Position numbers and translations under genes: made by a program. A stretch of 64,000 bases of DNA from the NCBI RefSeq assembly GCF_016903815.1, contig NZ_CP069973.1. The stretch is one strand, 5' to 3'. Below are positions 41,692 through 53,404 of this stretch, one piece after another; positions within the stretch are counted from its first letter, which is position 1; every line of letters starts with the position of its first letter. This stretch comes from Escherichia coli (GTDB lineage Bacteria; Pseudomonadota; Gammaproteobacteria; Enterobacterales; Enterobacteriaceae). The notes under the pieces are model-generated. The model was not told the DNA's origin. It saw only the letters and a list, made by a program, of their open reading frames with translations, and ran no database searches.

Positions 41692-42854
41692 TGCTGGATG
41701 CACTGACATTTGATGCAGGCAGTACGCTGACGCCGGATTACATGCTGATGCTCGACAGCAGGGATATTACCGGCAATATCAGCGGCCGTCTGATGAGCAT
41801 GACCCTGACGGATAACCGGGGCTTTGAGGCTGACCAGCTTGATATTGAACTGAACGATGCCGACGGGCAGGTCGGGCTGCCGGTTCGTGGCGCTGTCCTG
41901 ACGGTGTATATCGGCTGGAAAGGTTTTGCCCTGGTATGCAAAGGGAAATTCACCGTTGATGAGGTAGAACACCGGGGCGCGCCGGATGTGGTCACCATCC
42001 GGGCCCGGAGTGCAGATTTTCGTGGCACGCTCAATTCCCGCCGTGAAGGCTCCTGGCATGACACCACGCTCGGTGCGATTGTTGAGGCGATAGCCTCCCG
42101 TAACAGGCTGGAAGCCAGTGTCGCTCCGTCACTGGCCGGAATTAAAATCCCGCACATCGACCAGTCGCAGGAGTCTGATGCAAAATTCCTGACCCGCCTT
42201 GCTGAACGCAACGGCGGTGAGGTGTCGGTAAAAATGGGAAAACTGTTGTTTCTCAAAGCGGGGCAGGGGGTGACGTCCAGCGGTAAAAAAATCCCGCAGG
42301 TCACCATAACCCGCAGCGACGGCGACCGCCATCATTTTGCGATTGCTGACCGTGGAGCCTATACCGGCGTAACGGCAAAGTGGTTACACACCAAAGACCC
42401 GAAGCCACAAAAGCAGAAGGTAAAACTGAAACGAAAAAAGAAAGAGAAACACCTGCGCGCACTGGAGCACCCCAAAGCGAAACCAGTCACGCAGAAGAAA
42501 GCGCCAAAAGTACCGGAAGCGCGCGAAGGTGAATACATGGCCGGTGAGGCTGACAACGTTTTTGCCCTGACCACGGTATATGCCACGAAAGCACAGGCCA
42601 TGCGCGCCGCTCAGGCGAAGTGGGATAAACTGCAACGGGGTGTAGCGGAGTTCTCCATCAGTCTGGCTACTGGTCGGGCAGATATTTACACGGAAACGCC
42701 GGTCAAAGTGTCAGGCTTTAAGCGCGTCATAGACGAGCAGGACTGGACAATCACTAAGGTGACACATTTTCTGAATAATAGCGGCTTCACGACGTCCCTG
42801 GAGCTTGAGGTCAGGCTTTCTGATGTGGAGTACGAAACCGAAGATGATGAGTGA
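41691..42854 (+). CDS. tail protein D (late-gene product)
   Basis: 387 aa, size as P2 D. Confidence 0.8.
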   Translation: MLDALTFDAGSTLTPDYMLMLDSRDITGNISGRLMSMTLTDNRGFEADQLDIELNDADGQVGLPVRGAVLTVYIGWKGFALVCKGKFTVDEVEHRGAPDVVTIRARSADFRGTLNSRREGSWHDTTLGAIVEAIASRNRLEASVAPSLAGIKIPHIDQSQESDAKFLTRLAERNGGEVSVKMGKLLFLKAGQGVTSSGKKIPQVTITRSDGDRHHFAIADRGAYTGVTAKWLHTKDPKPQKQKVKLKRKKKEKHLRALEHPKAKPVTQKKAPKVPEAREGEYMAGEADNVFALTTVYATKAQAMRAAQAKWDKLQRGVAEFSISLATGRADIYTETPVKVSGFKRVIDEQDWTITKVTHFLNNSGFTTSLELEVRLSDVEYETEDDE

Positions 42855-42936
42855 TGTGTTTTATTTTATCTGTTTGTTTTATAAGGATAAATTAACTAAA
42901 ATGGCAACATCAACAAAACCGGAAGAGGTGCTCGCG

Positions 42937-43155
42937 ATGTTTCATTGTCCTTTATGCCAGCATGCCGCACATGCGCGTACAAGCCGCTATATCACTGACA
43001 CGACAAAAGAGCGTTATCACCAGTGTCAGAACGTGAATTGCAGCGCCACGTTCATCACTTATGAGTCGGTACAGCGATACATCGTGAAGCCGGGAGAAGT
43101 CCACGCCGTAAGACCGCACCCGTTGCCGTCAGGGCAGCAAATTATGTGGATGTAA
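42937..43155 (+). CDS. ogr: Ogr zinc-finger late-gene transcription activator
   Basis: 72 aa from internal Met; C4 zinc finger CPLCQ...CQNVNC; last prophage gene before attR. Confidence 0.8.
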   Translation: MFHCPLCQHAAHARTSRYITDTTKERYHQCQNVNCSATFITYESVQRYIVKPGEVHAVRPHPLPSGQQIMWM

Positions 43156-43166
43156 TTACAATCAGG

Positions 43167-43194
43167 AAGCCCCTCAGTCGAGGGGCTTTTTTTG
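43167..43194 (+). terminator. rho-independent terminator after ogr
   Basis: AAGCCCCTC-AGTC-GAGGGGCTT followed by TTTTTTTG. Confidence 0.7.
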
Positions 43195-43268
43195 TCGATG
43201 TGGTCAATATGTGGACGTGACCAGAAATAAATCCTTTTATTTCATGTGATTAGATATCAAAAAATGTC

Positions 43269-43281
43269 ACCAATAACTGAC
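43269..43281. repeat. attR core (13-bp direct repeat ACCAATAACTGAC)
   Basis: Identical to 9814-9826; followed by the displaced native pflA ATG (minus strand, 43281-43283) and promoter region. Confidence 0.6.
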
Positions 43282-43406
43282 ATTGCGGTGTTTCTCCAGA
43301 TGTGGCCCATCTGAGGCCGTGTTGGTGCGCAGCTCGAAGGCTACGTCGAGTCTGTTTTGGCAGTCACCTTAAAGTATAGATAGCTGACAAAAAAGGCTCT
43401 CGTGCT

Positions 43407-43434
43407 AAAAAAGGCCCCACTTTCGTGGAGCCTT
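43407..43434 (-). terminator. pflB rho-independent terminator
   Basis: Minus-strand hairpin GGCTCCAC-GAAA-GTGGGGCC followed by TTTTTT. Confidence 0.7.
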
Positions 43435-43474
43435 TATTGTACGCTTTTTACTGTACGATTTCAGTCAAATCTAA

Positions 43475-45757
43475 TTACATAGATTGAGTGAAGGTACGAG
43501 TAATAACGTCCTGCTGCTGTTCTTTAGTCAGCGAGTTGAAACGTACTGCGTAGCCAGATACACGGATGGTCAGCTGCGGATATTTTTCCGGGTTTTCCAT
43601 CGCGTCGAGCAGCATTTCACGGTTCATCACGTTAACGTTCAGGTGCTGACCACCTTCGATGGATGCTTCGTGGTGGAAGTAACCATCCATCAGACCAGCC
43701 AGGTTGGTCTTACGAACTTCGTCGTCTTTACCCAGTGCGTTCGGAACGATAGAGAAGGTGTAGGAGATACCATCTTTAGCGTAAGCAAACGGCAGTTTAG
43801 CAACGGAAGTCAGAGAGGCTACTGCACCTTTCTGGTCACGACCGTGCATCGGGTTAGCACCCGGTCCGAATGGCGCGCCAGCACGACGACCGTCTGGGGT
43901 GTTACCAGTTTTCTTACCATACACAACGTTAGAAGTGATGGTCAGAACAGACTGAGTCGGGATAGCGTCACGGTAGGTGTGCAGTTTCTGAATTTTCTTC
44001 ATGAAACGTTCTACCAGGTCAACAGCCAGGTCATCTACACGCGGATCGTTGTTACCAAACTGCGGGTATTCGCCTTCGATTTCGAAGTCGATAGCCAGAC
44101 CGTCTTCGTCACGAATCGGTTTAACTTTCGCATATTTGATTGCAGACAGGGAGTCAGCAGCAACGGACAGACCAGCGATACCACACGCCATGGTGCGGAT
44201 AACGTCACGGTCGTGCAGCGCCATCAGAGAGGCTTCGTAGCTGTACTTGTCGTGCATGTAGTGGATGATGTTCAGTGCAGTGATGTACTGTTTAGCCAGC
44301 CAGTCCATGAAGTGATCCATGCGCTCCATCACTTCATCGTAGTTCAGGAGATCGCCTTTGATCGGCTCAGACTTCGGACCAACCTGCATTTTCAGTTTTT
44401 CGTCAACGCCACCGTTGATTGCGTACAGCATGGTTTTCGCCAGGTTTGCACGCGCACCGAAGAACTGCATTTGTTTACCAACGATCATCGGGCTTACGCA
44501 GCAAGCGATAGCGTAGTCATCGTTGTTGAAGTCCGGACGCATCAGGTCATCGTTCTCATACTGCAGAGAAGAGGTGTCGATGGACACTTTAGCAGCGAAT
44601 TTCTTGAAGTTCAGCGGCAGTTTTTCGGACCACAGAATGGTCATGTTCGGTTCCGGAGACGGACCCATGGTGTACAGGGTGTTCAGGAAACGGAAGCTGT
44701 TTTTGGTAACCAGGGTACGACCGTCGAGGCCCATACCACCGATAGATTCGGTTGCCCAGATCGGGTCGCCAGAGAACAGTTCATCGTATTCCGGAGTACG
44801 CAGGAAGCGAACCATACGCAGTTTCATGACCAGGTGGTCAACCATTTCCTGCGCTTCTTGTTCGGTGATCTTGCCAGCTTTCAGGTCACGTTCGATGTAC
44901 ACATCCAGGAAGGTGGAGGTACGACCGAAGGACATTGCAGCACCGTTCTGAGACTTAACAGCAGCCAGGTAGCCGAAGTAAGTCCACTGGATAGCTTCCT
45001 GAGCGTTGGTAGCCGGACCAGAGATGTCGTAGCCGTATTTCGCAGCCATTTCTTTCATCTGACCCAGAGCGCGGTGCTGTTCAGCGATTTCTTCGCGCAG
45101 ACGGATAGTCTGTTCCAGGTTTACGCCGTTTTCCAGATCAGCCTGCAGAGAGGTGAACTGTGCAAGTTTATCTTTCATCAGGTAGTCGATACCGTACAGC
45201 GCAACGCGACGGTAGTCACCGATGATACGACCACGGCCATAAGCATCTGGCAGACCGGTCAGAACACCGGATTTACGGCAACGCAGGATGTCCGGAGTGT
45301 AAACGTCGAACACGCCCTGGTTGTGAGTTTTACGGTATTCAGTGAAGATTTTTTTGATCATCGGGTCCAGTTCGCGGTTGTACGCTTTGCAGGAACCTTC
45401 GATCATTTTGATACCACCGAACGGGATAAGAGCACGTTTCAGCGGAGCTTCAGTCTGCAGACCAACAACTTTTTCCAACGCTTTGTTGATGTAGCCAGCG
45501 TCGTGAGAGGTGATGGTGGAAGCAACAGCGGTGTCAAAGTCAACTGGCGCGTGAGTGCGGTTTTCCAGTTTAACGCCTTCCATTACTTTGTCCCACAGGG
45601 TGGTGGTCGCTTCAGTAGCGCCAGCCAGGAAGGACTCGTCACCCTCGTACGGAGTGTAGTTTTTCTGAATGAAGTCACGGACGTTTACTTCATTCTGCCA
45701 GTCACCTTTGGTAAAACCTTCCCAGGCTGTGGCTAACTTTTCATTAAGCTCGGACAT
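43475..45757 (-). CDS. pflB: pyruvate formate-lyase (glycyl-radical enzyme)
   Basis: 760 aa; C-terminal glycyl-radical motif RVSGYAVRF; high codon-bias gene. Confidence 0.95.
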   Translation of the reverse strand: MSELNEKLATAWEGFTKGDWQNEVNVRDFIQKNYTPYEGDESFLAGATEATTTLWDKVMEGVKLENRTHAPVDFDTAVASTITSHDAGYINKALEKVVGLQTEAPLKRALIPFGGIKMIEGSCKAYNRELDPMIKKIFTEYRKTHNQGVFDVYTPDILRCRKSGVLTGLPDAYGRGRIIGDYRRVALYGIDYLMKDKLAQFTSLQADLENGVNLEQTIRLREEIAEQHRALGQMKEMAAKYGYDISGPATNAQEAIQWTYFGYLAAVKSQNGAAMSFGRTSTFLDVYIERDLKAGKITEQEAQEMVDHLVMKLRMVRFLRTPEYDELFSGDPIWATESIGGMGLDGRTLVTKNSFRFLNTLYTMGPSPEPNMTILWSEKLPLNFKKFAAKVSIDTSSLQYENDDLMRPDFNNDDYAIACCVSPMIVGKQMQFFGARANLAKTMLYAINGGVDEKLKMQVGPKSEPIKGDLLNYDEVMERMDHFMDWLAKQYITALNIIHYMHDKYSYEASLMALHDRDVIRTMACGIAGLSVAADSLSAIKYAKVKPIRDEDGLAIDFEIEGEYPQFGNNDPRVDDLAVDLVERFMKKIQKLHTYRDAIPTQSVLTITSNVVYGKKTGNTPDGRRAGAPFGPGANPMHGRDQKGAVASLTSVAKLPFAYAKDGISYTFSIVPNALGKDDEVRKTNLAGLMDGYFHHEASIEGGQHLNVNVMNREMLLDAMENPEKYPQLTIRVSGYAVRFNSLTKEQQQDVITRTFTQSM

Positions 45758-45811
45758 GTAACACCTACCTTCTTAAGTGGATTTTTTATTTACTGCGTAC
45801 TTCGACAACCA

Positions 45812-46669
45812 TTAATGGTGATCGTTTTCACGCAGGTAAATGACCCAGTATGTCAACCCAACCAACAAACCACCGCCGATAATATTACCGATCGTAACCG
45901 GAATCAGGTTATCAGTGATGAAGTTCATCACGGTCAGGTGAGAAAAATTTTCCGGTGCAGAACCGACAGCGGTCCAGAATTCCGGAGATGCGAAGTCGCG
46001 GATTACAATACCCATCGGGATCATAAACATGTTTGCGATACTGTGCTCAAAACCGCTGGCAACAAACATCGCGACCGGCAGCACCATAATGAACGCTTTA
46101 TCCATCAGGCTGCGGCCAGAATAACTCATCCATACTGCCAGACATACCATCAGGTTTGCCAGGATACCAAGGCAGACGGCCTCAATAAAAGTATGGTGCA
46201 CTTTGTGGTCGGCGGTTTGTAGGACGTTTAGTCCCCATTGACCATTCGCGGTCATATACTCGCCGGAAAGCCACATTAAAAGTACAAACAGCAGTGCGCC
46301 GACCAGGTTGCCAAAATAGACATTTAGCCAGTTTTTCGCCAACTGACCCCAGGTGATTCGCCCACTCGCCTTAGCAACAACAATCAACACTGTGGAAGTA
46401 AAGAGATCGGCTCCGCAGACAACACAAAGAATCAGCCCCAGAGAGAAGCAAATGCCGCCAACCAGTTTTGCCATGCCGAAGGGCATTGTTCCTGTGCCAG
46501 TGGTTGCTGTGATATAGAAGACGAATGCGATTGAGATGAAAACACCGGCGGTAATCGCCAGATAGAAAGTCTTAAGCGGATGTTTCGTTGCTTTATAGAC
46601 ACCTGCCTCTTCGGCCACTTTGGCCATTGCTGCAGGAAGTAAAAGATCAAAAGGGTTGTCAGCTTTCAC
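45812..46669 (-). CDS. focA: formate channel (GTG start predicted)
   Basis: FNT-family membrane protein; start placed at GTG giving (M)KADNPFDLLLP..., 285 aa; the ORF-track extension to 47008 is AT-rich promoter region. Confidence 0.8.
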   Translation of the reverse strand: MKADNPFDLLLPAAMAKVAEEAGVYKATKHPLKTFYLAITAGVFISIAFVFYITATTGTGTMPFGMAKLVGGICFSLGLILCVVCGADLFTSTVLIVVAKASGRITWGQLAKNWLNVYFGNLVGALLFVLLMWLSGEYMTANGQWGLNVLQTADHKVHHTFIEAVCLGILANLMVCLAVWMSYSGRSLMDKAFIMVLPVAMFVASGFEHSIANMFMIPMGIVIRDFASPEFWTAVGSAPENFSHLTVMNFITDNLIPVTIGNIIGGGLLVGLTYWVIYLRENDHH

Positions 46670-47074
46670 ACTAACTCTCTCTTTATTAAGTCGGCGACGA
46701 GATACTAACAAAGCATTATAGATGAGAAATTGATATAGATCATATCTCGCCTGGCTTATAGGCCCGTAACTCGCATGGTTTTTATGCAAATACGGAGTAA
46801 ATATTTGATTATCCAAATAAAAATAAATTTTAAAAATTAACAAATGAGTTGAATTTTTTCCGCATCCTCCGCTAAAACAGTTAATTAAAAGGGAGCACCA
46901 GGCGAATGAAGTAACAATATCGATCGTATTTATTAAATACAAATTACCGACATTTAACTTTATAATTACAATTATTTTATTAATGCAAATATATGTAAAG
47001 CGGGGCATTAAAAAAACGCCCCGTAATATAACTCAGACGAATCATTAAGCCTACATTGCGTAGGCTATTTGATT

Positions 47075-48835
47075 TTATTTTGCCCAGAATGCTGCTTTGG
47101 CGCGCTGCAGCTTTTCGTAGGCCTTCAACAACGACTGATGTGCTGCAAACGCGTGCAGATCGCTATCTACTGGTTGCAAGCCATAAAACGCCGCTTCGCC
47201 GCTCATTGCCGCACTGGCGGCTTCCACGGCATCTGCGCCGTACATGCGAACAAACGCATTCAAATATTGCAGCGGCTGGCGATCTTCTTCCTGCGCCAGT
47301 AATAACAACGTTTGCAGGCAGCGATAATAGTTGGCGCGTTCCGGACTAAATACTGATGAGTTAAACTCCATCGTCCATTCGGTCCAGACCAGAGCCTGTT
47401 CCAGATCGCCACCAGCCAGCGCCAGCATGGCTTTTAATTCACCGATACGCAGGGTGTACCAACCGTTATCCGACCCGGTCGCCAGACCCAACAGCTCACG
47501 CACGCGGGTAAAGTCATCAAAACCTTCTTCATCCAGTTGCTCGATGAGGTTCAGGTAATCTTCTTTTTCCCACTCGCTGCCTGGTAACGAAAGAATCGTT
47601 TCACGTAAATGGCTGCCCATACTGTTATTCGCCAGCCACAGATCTTCAGCCGGATAAATATCGGACATGCCAGGCACGATAATTCGGCAAGCATAAACGC
47701 CCAGATGCTCGTAATCGGCAATATAAACTTCTTTATCTTCTTTGTTGAAGATAGCCATCAGCGTAGCAAACTCTTCCTCCGTGGTGCCGGAGAAATTCCA
47801 GTCCACAAACGGATAATCGGCATCCTGCTTGAACAGGTCCCAGGAGATTAAACCGCTGGAATCGATAAAGTGCGTTTCGAGGTTGGTATGTTCAGCAACT
47901 TCTTCATCATCGAAGGTTGGCGGAGTAAACACATCCAAATCTTTCAGGCCACGACCTTGCAGCAGCTCGGTCACGGTACGTTCCAGTGCTACGCCAAAAT
48001 CAGGATGCGCACCGAAAGAGGCAAAGCAGGTGCCGTTAGCAGGATTAAACAGTACCACGCAAATCACCGGATACTGGCCGCCAAGCGAACCATCATAAGC
48101 AAAGATTGGGAAACCTTCTGCTTCCAGCGTTTCGATGGCTTCAACCACCGCTGGGTAACGCGCCAGCACGTCTGCCGGGATTTCCGGCAAGCTGATGCTT
48201 TCAGCAATAATGCGGTTTTTCACGTAGCGTTCGAAAACTTCGGACAACCCCTGAACGCGTGCTTCGTTGCGGGTATTGCCAGCGGACATACCGTTAGAAA
48301 CGTACAGGTTACCAATGATATTCATCGGAATATAAACGGTCTGATTGTCGGACTGGCGCGTAAACGGCAGACCGCAAATACCACGATCTTCGTTACCGGA
48401 TTGCAGGTCAATCAGCATACTGCCGGTCAATTCATTCTCCGGATCGTAAAATGCGCGCAGACGGTCATCGAGCAGCCCTTCTGGCACATCGTCATTTTCG
48501 CTCAGTGGGAACCATTTTTCGTTGGGATAATGCACGAACGGACCGTTGGCGATGGTTTCGCCCAGCCAGAAATCAGCAAAAAAGTAGTTGGTTGAGAGAC
48601 GCTCGAAATATTCACCGAGTGCAGAAGCCAGCGCCGCTTTTTTGGTTGCGCCTTTACCGTTGGTAAAACACAGTGCGCACTCTTTGTCGCGAATATGTAC
48701 AGACCAGACGTTAGGCACCGGATTCAGCCAGGAGGCCTCTTCAATCTGAAAGCCGAGGTCTGAAAGTTTTTGCTGGAAGCGAGCGATGGAATCTTCCAGT
48801 GCGGCATCTTTGCCGGGGATAAATGTTTGCGTCAT
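47075..48835 (-). CDS. ycaO: YcaO-domain protein
   Basis: 586 aa from internal Met MTQTFIPGKD...; synteny upstream of focA-pflB. Confidence 0.85.
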   Translation of the reverse strand: MTQTFIPGKDAALEDSIARFQQKLSDLGFQIEEASWLNPVPNVWSVHIRDKECALCFTNGKGATKKAALASALGEYFERLSTNYFFADFWLGETIANGPFVHYPNEKWFPLSENDDVPEGLLDDRLRAFYDPENELTGSMLIDLQSGNEDRGICGLPFTRQSDNQTVYIPMNIIGNLYVSNGMSAGNTRNEARVQGLSEVFERYVKNRIIAESISLPEIPADVLARYPAVVEAIETLEAEGFPIFAYDGSLGGQYPVICVVLFNPANGTCFASFGAHPDFGVALERTVTELLQGRGLKDLDVFTPPTFDDEEVAEHTNLETHFIDSSGLISWDLFKQDADYPFVDWNFSGTTEEEFATLMAIFNKEDKEVYIADYEHLGVYACRIIVPGMSDIYPAEDLWLANNSMGSHLRETILSLPGSEWEKEDYLNLIEQLDEEGFDDFTRVRELLGLATGSDNGWYTLRIGELKAMLALAGGDLEQALVWTEWTMEFNSSVFSPERANYYRCLQTLLLLAQEEDRQPLQYLNAFVRMYGADAVEAASAAMSGEAAFYGLQPVDSDLHAFAAHQSLLKAYEKLQRAKAAFWAK

Positions 48836-48964
48836 GAAAATCACTTTAGTCGTACGGAAAGCGCGCAATAATACGGGTTTTATCTCAAAGGCGCTATCAC
48901 CGCCGCCATGCCGATGAACTGTTGACTATGCTTTTAGTGGATAAACCACGATAAGAGCATAAAA

Positions 48965-49657
48965 ATGAAGGCGTTCGATCTCCACCGTATGGCATTTGAT
49001 AAAGTGCCTTTTGATTTCCTTGGCGAAGTGGCACTACGTAGTCTTTATACCTTTGTACTGGTTTTTTTGTTCCTCAAAATGACCGGAAGACGCGGTGTGC
49101 GGCAGATGTCGCTGTTTGAAGTGTTAATCATTCTGACGCTGGGGTCAGCGGCGGGAGATGTGGCGTTTTATGATGATGTGCCGATGGTCCCGGTACTTAT
49201 CGTCTTTATCACTCTGGCGTTGTTATACCGCCTGGTAATGTGGTTGATGGCGCACAGTGAAAAACTGGAAGATCTTCTGGAAGGCAAGCCGGTTGTCATT
49301 ATTGAAGATGGCGAGCTGGCCTGGTCAAAACTCAATAACTCCAACATGACGGAATTTGAGTTCTTTATGGAGCTACGATTGCGCGGTGTAGAGCAGTTGG
49401 GGCAAGTACGTCTGGCGATTCTCGAAACCAACGGGCAAATCAGTGTCTATTTCTTTGAAGATGACAAGGTGAAACCGGGCTTACTTATTTTACCCAGTGA
49501 CTGTACTCAGCGTTACAAAGTGGTACCCGAGTCGGCGGACTATGCCTGCATTCGTTGCAGTGAAATCATTCATATGAACGCGGGGGAAAAACAATTATGT
49601 CCGCGCTGTGCAAATCCAGAATGGACGAAGGCAAGTCGGGCAAAACGGGTGACGTGA
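48965..49657 (+). CDS. ycaP: DUF421-type inner-membrane protein
   Basis: 230 aa, N-terminal TM helices, C-terminal CxxC...CxxC; synteny. Confidence 0.8.
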   Translation: MKAFDLHRMAFDKVPFDFLGEVALRSLYTFVLVFLFLKMTGRRGVRQMSLFEVLIILTLGSAAGDVAFYDDVPMVPVLIVFITLALLYRLVMWLMAHSEKLEDLLEGKPVVIIEDGELAWSKLNNSNMTEFEFFMELRLRGVEQLGQVRLAILETNGQISVYFFEDDKVKPGLLILPSDCTQRYKVVPESADYACIRCSEIIHMNAGEKQLCPRCANPEWTKASRAKRVT

Positions 49658-49855
49658 CAGTAAAAACATCGGCTTTTTGCTAATAATCCGAGAGATTCTT
49701 TTGTGTGATGCAAGCCACATTTTTGCCCTCAACGGTTTTACTCATTGCGATGTGTGTCACTGAATGATAAAACCGATAGCCACAGGAATAATGTATTACC
49801 TGTGGTCGCAATCGATTGACCGCGGGTTAATAGCAACGCAACGTGGTGAGGGGAA

Positions 49856-50944
49856 ATGGCTCAAATCTTCAATTTTAGTTCTGGTCCGGCAATGCTACCG
49901 GCAGAGGTGCTTAAACAGGCTCAACAGGAACTGCGCGACTGGAACGGTCTTGGTACGTCGGTGATGGAAGTGAGTCACCGTGGCAAAGAGTTCATTCAGG
50001 TTGCAGAGGAAGCCGAGAAGGATTTTCGCGATCTTCTTAATGTCCCCTCCAACTACAAGGTATTGTTCTGCCATGGCGGCGGTCGCGGTCAGTTTGCTGC
50101 TGTTCCGCTGAATATTCTCGGTGATAAAACCACTGCAGATTATGTTGATGCCGGTTACTGGGCGGCAAGTGCCATTAAAGAAGCGAAAAAATACTGCACG
50201 CCTAATGTCTTTGACGCCAAAGTGACTGTTGATGGTCTGCGCGCGGTTAAACCAATGCGTGAATGGCAACTCTCTGATAATGCTGCTTATATGCATTATT
50301 GCCCGAATGAAACTATCGACGGTATCGCCATCGACGAAACGCCAGACTTCGGCAAAGATGTGGTGGTCGCCGCCGACTTCTCTTCAACCATTCTTTCCCG
50401 TCCGATTGACGTCAGCCGTTATGGCGTGATTTACGCTGGCGCGCAGAAAAATATCGGCCCGGCAGGCCTGACAATCGTCATCGTTCGTGAAGATTTGCTG
50501 GGCAAAGCGAATATCGCGTGTCCGTCGATTCTGGATTATTCCATCCTCAACGATAACGGCTCCATGTTTAACACGCCGCCGACATTTGCCTGGTATCTGT
50601 CTGGTCTGGTCTTTAAATGGCTGAAAGCGAACGGCGGTGTAGCTGAAATGGATAAAATCAATCAGCAAAAAGCAGAACTGCTGTATGGGGTGATTGATAA
50701 CAGCGATTTCTACCGTAATGACGTGGCGAAAGCTAACCGTTCGCGGATGAACGTGCCGTTCCAGTTGGCGGACAGTGCGCTTGACAAATTGTTCCTTGAA
50801 GAGTCTTTTGCTGCGGGCTTACATGCGCTGAAAGGTCACCGAGTGGTCGGCGGAATGCGTGCGTCTATTTATAACGCCATGCCGTTGGAAGGTGTTAAAG
50901 CACTGACAGACTTCATGGTTGAGTTCGAACGCCGTCACGGCTAA
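49856..50944 (+). CDS. serC: phosphoserine aminotransferase
   Basis: 362 aa class-V aminotransferase, begins [15 protein letters not shown]; followed by aroA. Confidence 0.93.
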
Positions 50945-51014
50945 TGTCGAAATTTTGCATAATCCCCACAGCCAGCCTGTGGGGTTTTTATTTCTGTTGT
51001 AGAGAGTTGAGTTC

Positions 51015-52298
51015 ATGGAATCCCTAACGTTACAACCCATCGCTCGTGTCGATGGCACTATTAATCTGCCCGGTTCCAAGAGCGTTTCTAACCGCGCTTT
51101 ATTGCTGGCGGCATTAGCACATGGCAAAACATTATTAACCAATCTGCTGGATAGCGATGACGTGCGCCATATGCTGAATGCATTAACAGCGTTAGGGGTA
51201 AGCTATACGCTTTCAGCTGATCGTACGCGTTGCGAAATTATCGGTAACGGCGGTCCATTACACGCAGAAGGTGCCCTGGAGTTGTTCCTCGGAAACGCCG
51301 GAACGGCAATGCGCCCGCTGGCGGCAGCTCTTTGTCTGGGTAGCAATGATATTGTGCTGACCGGTGAACCGCGTATGAAAGAGCGCCCGATTGGTCATCT
51401 GGTGGATGCGCTGCGCCTGGGCGGGGCGAAGATCACTTACCTGGAACAAGAACATTATCCGCCATTGCGTTTACAGGGCGGCTTTACTGGCGGCAACGTT
51501 GACGTTGATGGCTCTGTTTCCAGCCAGTTCCTCACCGCACTATTAATGACTGCGCCTCTTGCGCCGGAAGATACGGTGATTCGTATTAAAGGCGATCTGG
51601 TTTCTAAACCTTATATCGACATCACCCTCAATCTGATGAAGACGTTTGGTGTTGAAATTGAAAATCAGCACTATCAACAATTTGTCGTAAAAGGGGGGCA
51701 GTCTTATCAGTCTCCGGGTACTTATTTGGTCGAAGGCGATGCATCCTCGGCTTCTTATTTCCTGGCAGCAGCAGCAATCAGAGGCGGCACTGTAAAAGTG
51801 ACCGGCATTGGACGCAACAGTATGCAGGGTGATATTCGCTTTGCTGATGTGCTGGAAAAAATGGGGGCGACCATTTGCTGGGGCGATGATTATATTTCCT
51901 GCACGCGTGGTGAACTGAACGCCATTGATATGGATATGAACCATATTCCCGATGCGGCGATGACCATTGCCACCGTGGCGTTATTTGCAAAAGGCACCAC
52001 CACGCTGCGCAATATCTATAACTGGCGTGTTAAAGAGACCGATCGCCTGTTTGCGATGGCAACAGAACTTCGTAAAGTCGGTGCGGAAGTCGAAGAGGGG
52101 CACGATTTTATTCGCATTACGCCACCGGAAAAACTGAAATTTGCTGAGATCGCCACTTATAATGATCACCGGATGGCGATGTGTTTCTCGCTGGTCGCAT
52201 TATCAGATACGGCTGTGACGATTCTTGATCCAAAATGTACCGCTAAAACTTTTCCAGATTATTTCGAGCAATTGGCGCGGATAAGTCAACCCGGCTGA
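51015..52298 (+). CDS. aroA: 3-phosphoshikimate 1-carboxyvinyltransferase (EPSP synthase)
   Basis: 427 aa; characteristic [18 protein letters not shown]-terminus. Confidence 0.93.
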   Translation: MESLTLQPIARVDGTINLPGSKSVSNRALLLAALAHGKTLLTNLLDSDDVRHMLNALTALGVSYTLSADRTRCEIIGNGGPLHAEGALELFLGNAGTAMRPLAAALCLGSNDIVLTGEPRMKERPIGHLVDALRLGGAKITYLEQEHYPPLRLQGGFTGGNVDVDGSVSSQFLTALLMTAPLAPEDTVIRIKGDLVSKPYIDITLNLMKTFGVEIENQHYQQFVVKGGQSYQSPGTYLVEGDASSASYFLAAAAIRGGTVKVTGIGRNSMQGDIRFADVLEKMGATICWGDDYISCTRGELNAIDMDMNHIPDAAMTIATVALFAKGTTTLRNIYNWRVKETDRLFAMATELRKVGAEVEEGHDFIRITPPEKLKFAEIATYNDHRMAMCFSLVALSDTAVTILDPKCTAKTFPDYFEQLARISQPG

Positions 52299-52467
52299 AT
52301 GAATAACGGGCGATAACATAGACAATCCTTTCTTTTCAAAGACGTCGGCACATTGCCGGCGTTTTTTTTCGGACCTTGTGGGGTATTTTTATTAATGGTA
52401 GCGTTAATTATCAATGTAACTTGTTGATACATAATGTTTATATATAATTAATCAACGGATGATTCAC

Positions 52468-53232
52468 ATGAAGAATACTAAATTATTGCTGGCGATTGCG
52501 ACCTCTGCAGCCTTACTGACAGGATGTCAGAATACGCACGGTATTAATACCGATTTGGCTATCAGCTCAGGTCTGAATGCTTATAAAGCCGCAACATTAA
52601 GCGATGCTGATGCTAAAGCAATCGCCAATCAGGGCTGTGTCGAAATGGACAGCGGCAATAAAGTGGCAAGCAAATCCAGCAAGTACGGGAAACGTCTGGC
52701 AAAAATCGCCAAAGCATTGGGTAACAATATTAATGGCACGCCAGTCAACTATAAGGTTTATATGACCAGCGACGTCAACGCATGGGCGATGGCGAACGGC
52801 TGTGTTCGTGTCTACAGTGGCCTGATGGACATGATGAACGACAACGAAATTGAAGGCGTTCTGGGTCATGAACTGGGCCACGTCGCGTTGGGTCACTCGC
52901 TGGCTGAAATGAAAGCTTCTTATGCGATCGTTGCCGCACGTGATGCGATTTCCGCTACCAGCGGTGTGGCTTCCCAGCTTTCTCGCTCACAATTAGGTGA
53001 TATCGCAGAAGGCGCGATCAATGCTAAATACTCCCGCGATAAAGAGTCCGAAGCAGATGATTTCTCCTTTGATCTGTTGAAGAAACGTGGCATCAGCACC
53101 CAGGGGCTGGTTGGCAGCTTTGAAAAATTGGCCAGCCTGGATGGCGGTCGTACCCAGTCCATGTTTGACTCTCACCCACCATCAACAGAGCGTGCGCAAC
53201 ACATCCGTGATCGTATCGCCTCTGGTAAGTAA
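52468..53232 (+). CDS. ycaL: M48-family metalloprotease lipoprotein
   Basis: Lipobox LTGC, HExxH motif (GHELGHVALGH); 254 aa. Confidence 0.8.
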   Translation: MKNTKLLLAIATSAALLTGCQNTHGINTDLAISSGLNAYKAATLSDADAKAIANQGCVEMDSGNKVASKSSKYGKRLAKIAKALGNNINGTPVNYKVYMTSDVNAWAMANGCVRVYSGLMDMMNDNEIEGVLGHELGHVALGHSLAEMKASYAIVAARDAISATSGVASQLSRSQLGDIAEGAINAKYSRDKESEADDFSFDLLKKRGISTQGLVGSFEKLASLDGGRTQSMFDSHPPSTERAQHIRDRIASGK

Positions 53233-53404
53233 ATCATTGTCATCTTTCGGGCTGGTCTTCTGCCAGCCCGCTATAATTGCGCAATAAATCCCCATCTGAA
53301 TACAGACAAAACTGGTTTTTGCACACAACGTTAACGATTTGTGGCGTCGGCGCGTATAATGCGCGCGGTTATGTTAACGGTACGCCTGTTTTAAGGAGAT
53401 AAAG

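Larger units (their letters stand above)
9827..43268. mobile_element. P2-like (Peduovirus-type) prophage, apparently complete
   Basis: Tyrosine integrase at one end, ogr at the other, full P2 gene order and P2-sized proteins, cos sequence, flanking 13-bp direct repeats, interrupts the pflA-pflB junction. Confidence 0.88.

Noticed and set aside
43484-45736. 750-aa ORF on the plus strand spanning almost all of pflB
   Set aside because: Antisense shadow ORF of a highly codon-biased gene; pflB on the minus strand has the glycyl-radical motif and correct length.
47056-47349. Small plus-strand ORFs at the ycaO 3' end
   Set aside because: Overlap ycaO on the opposite strand with no independent support.
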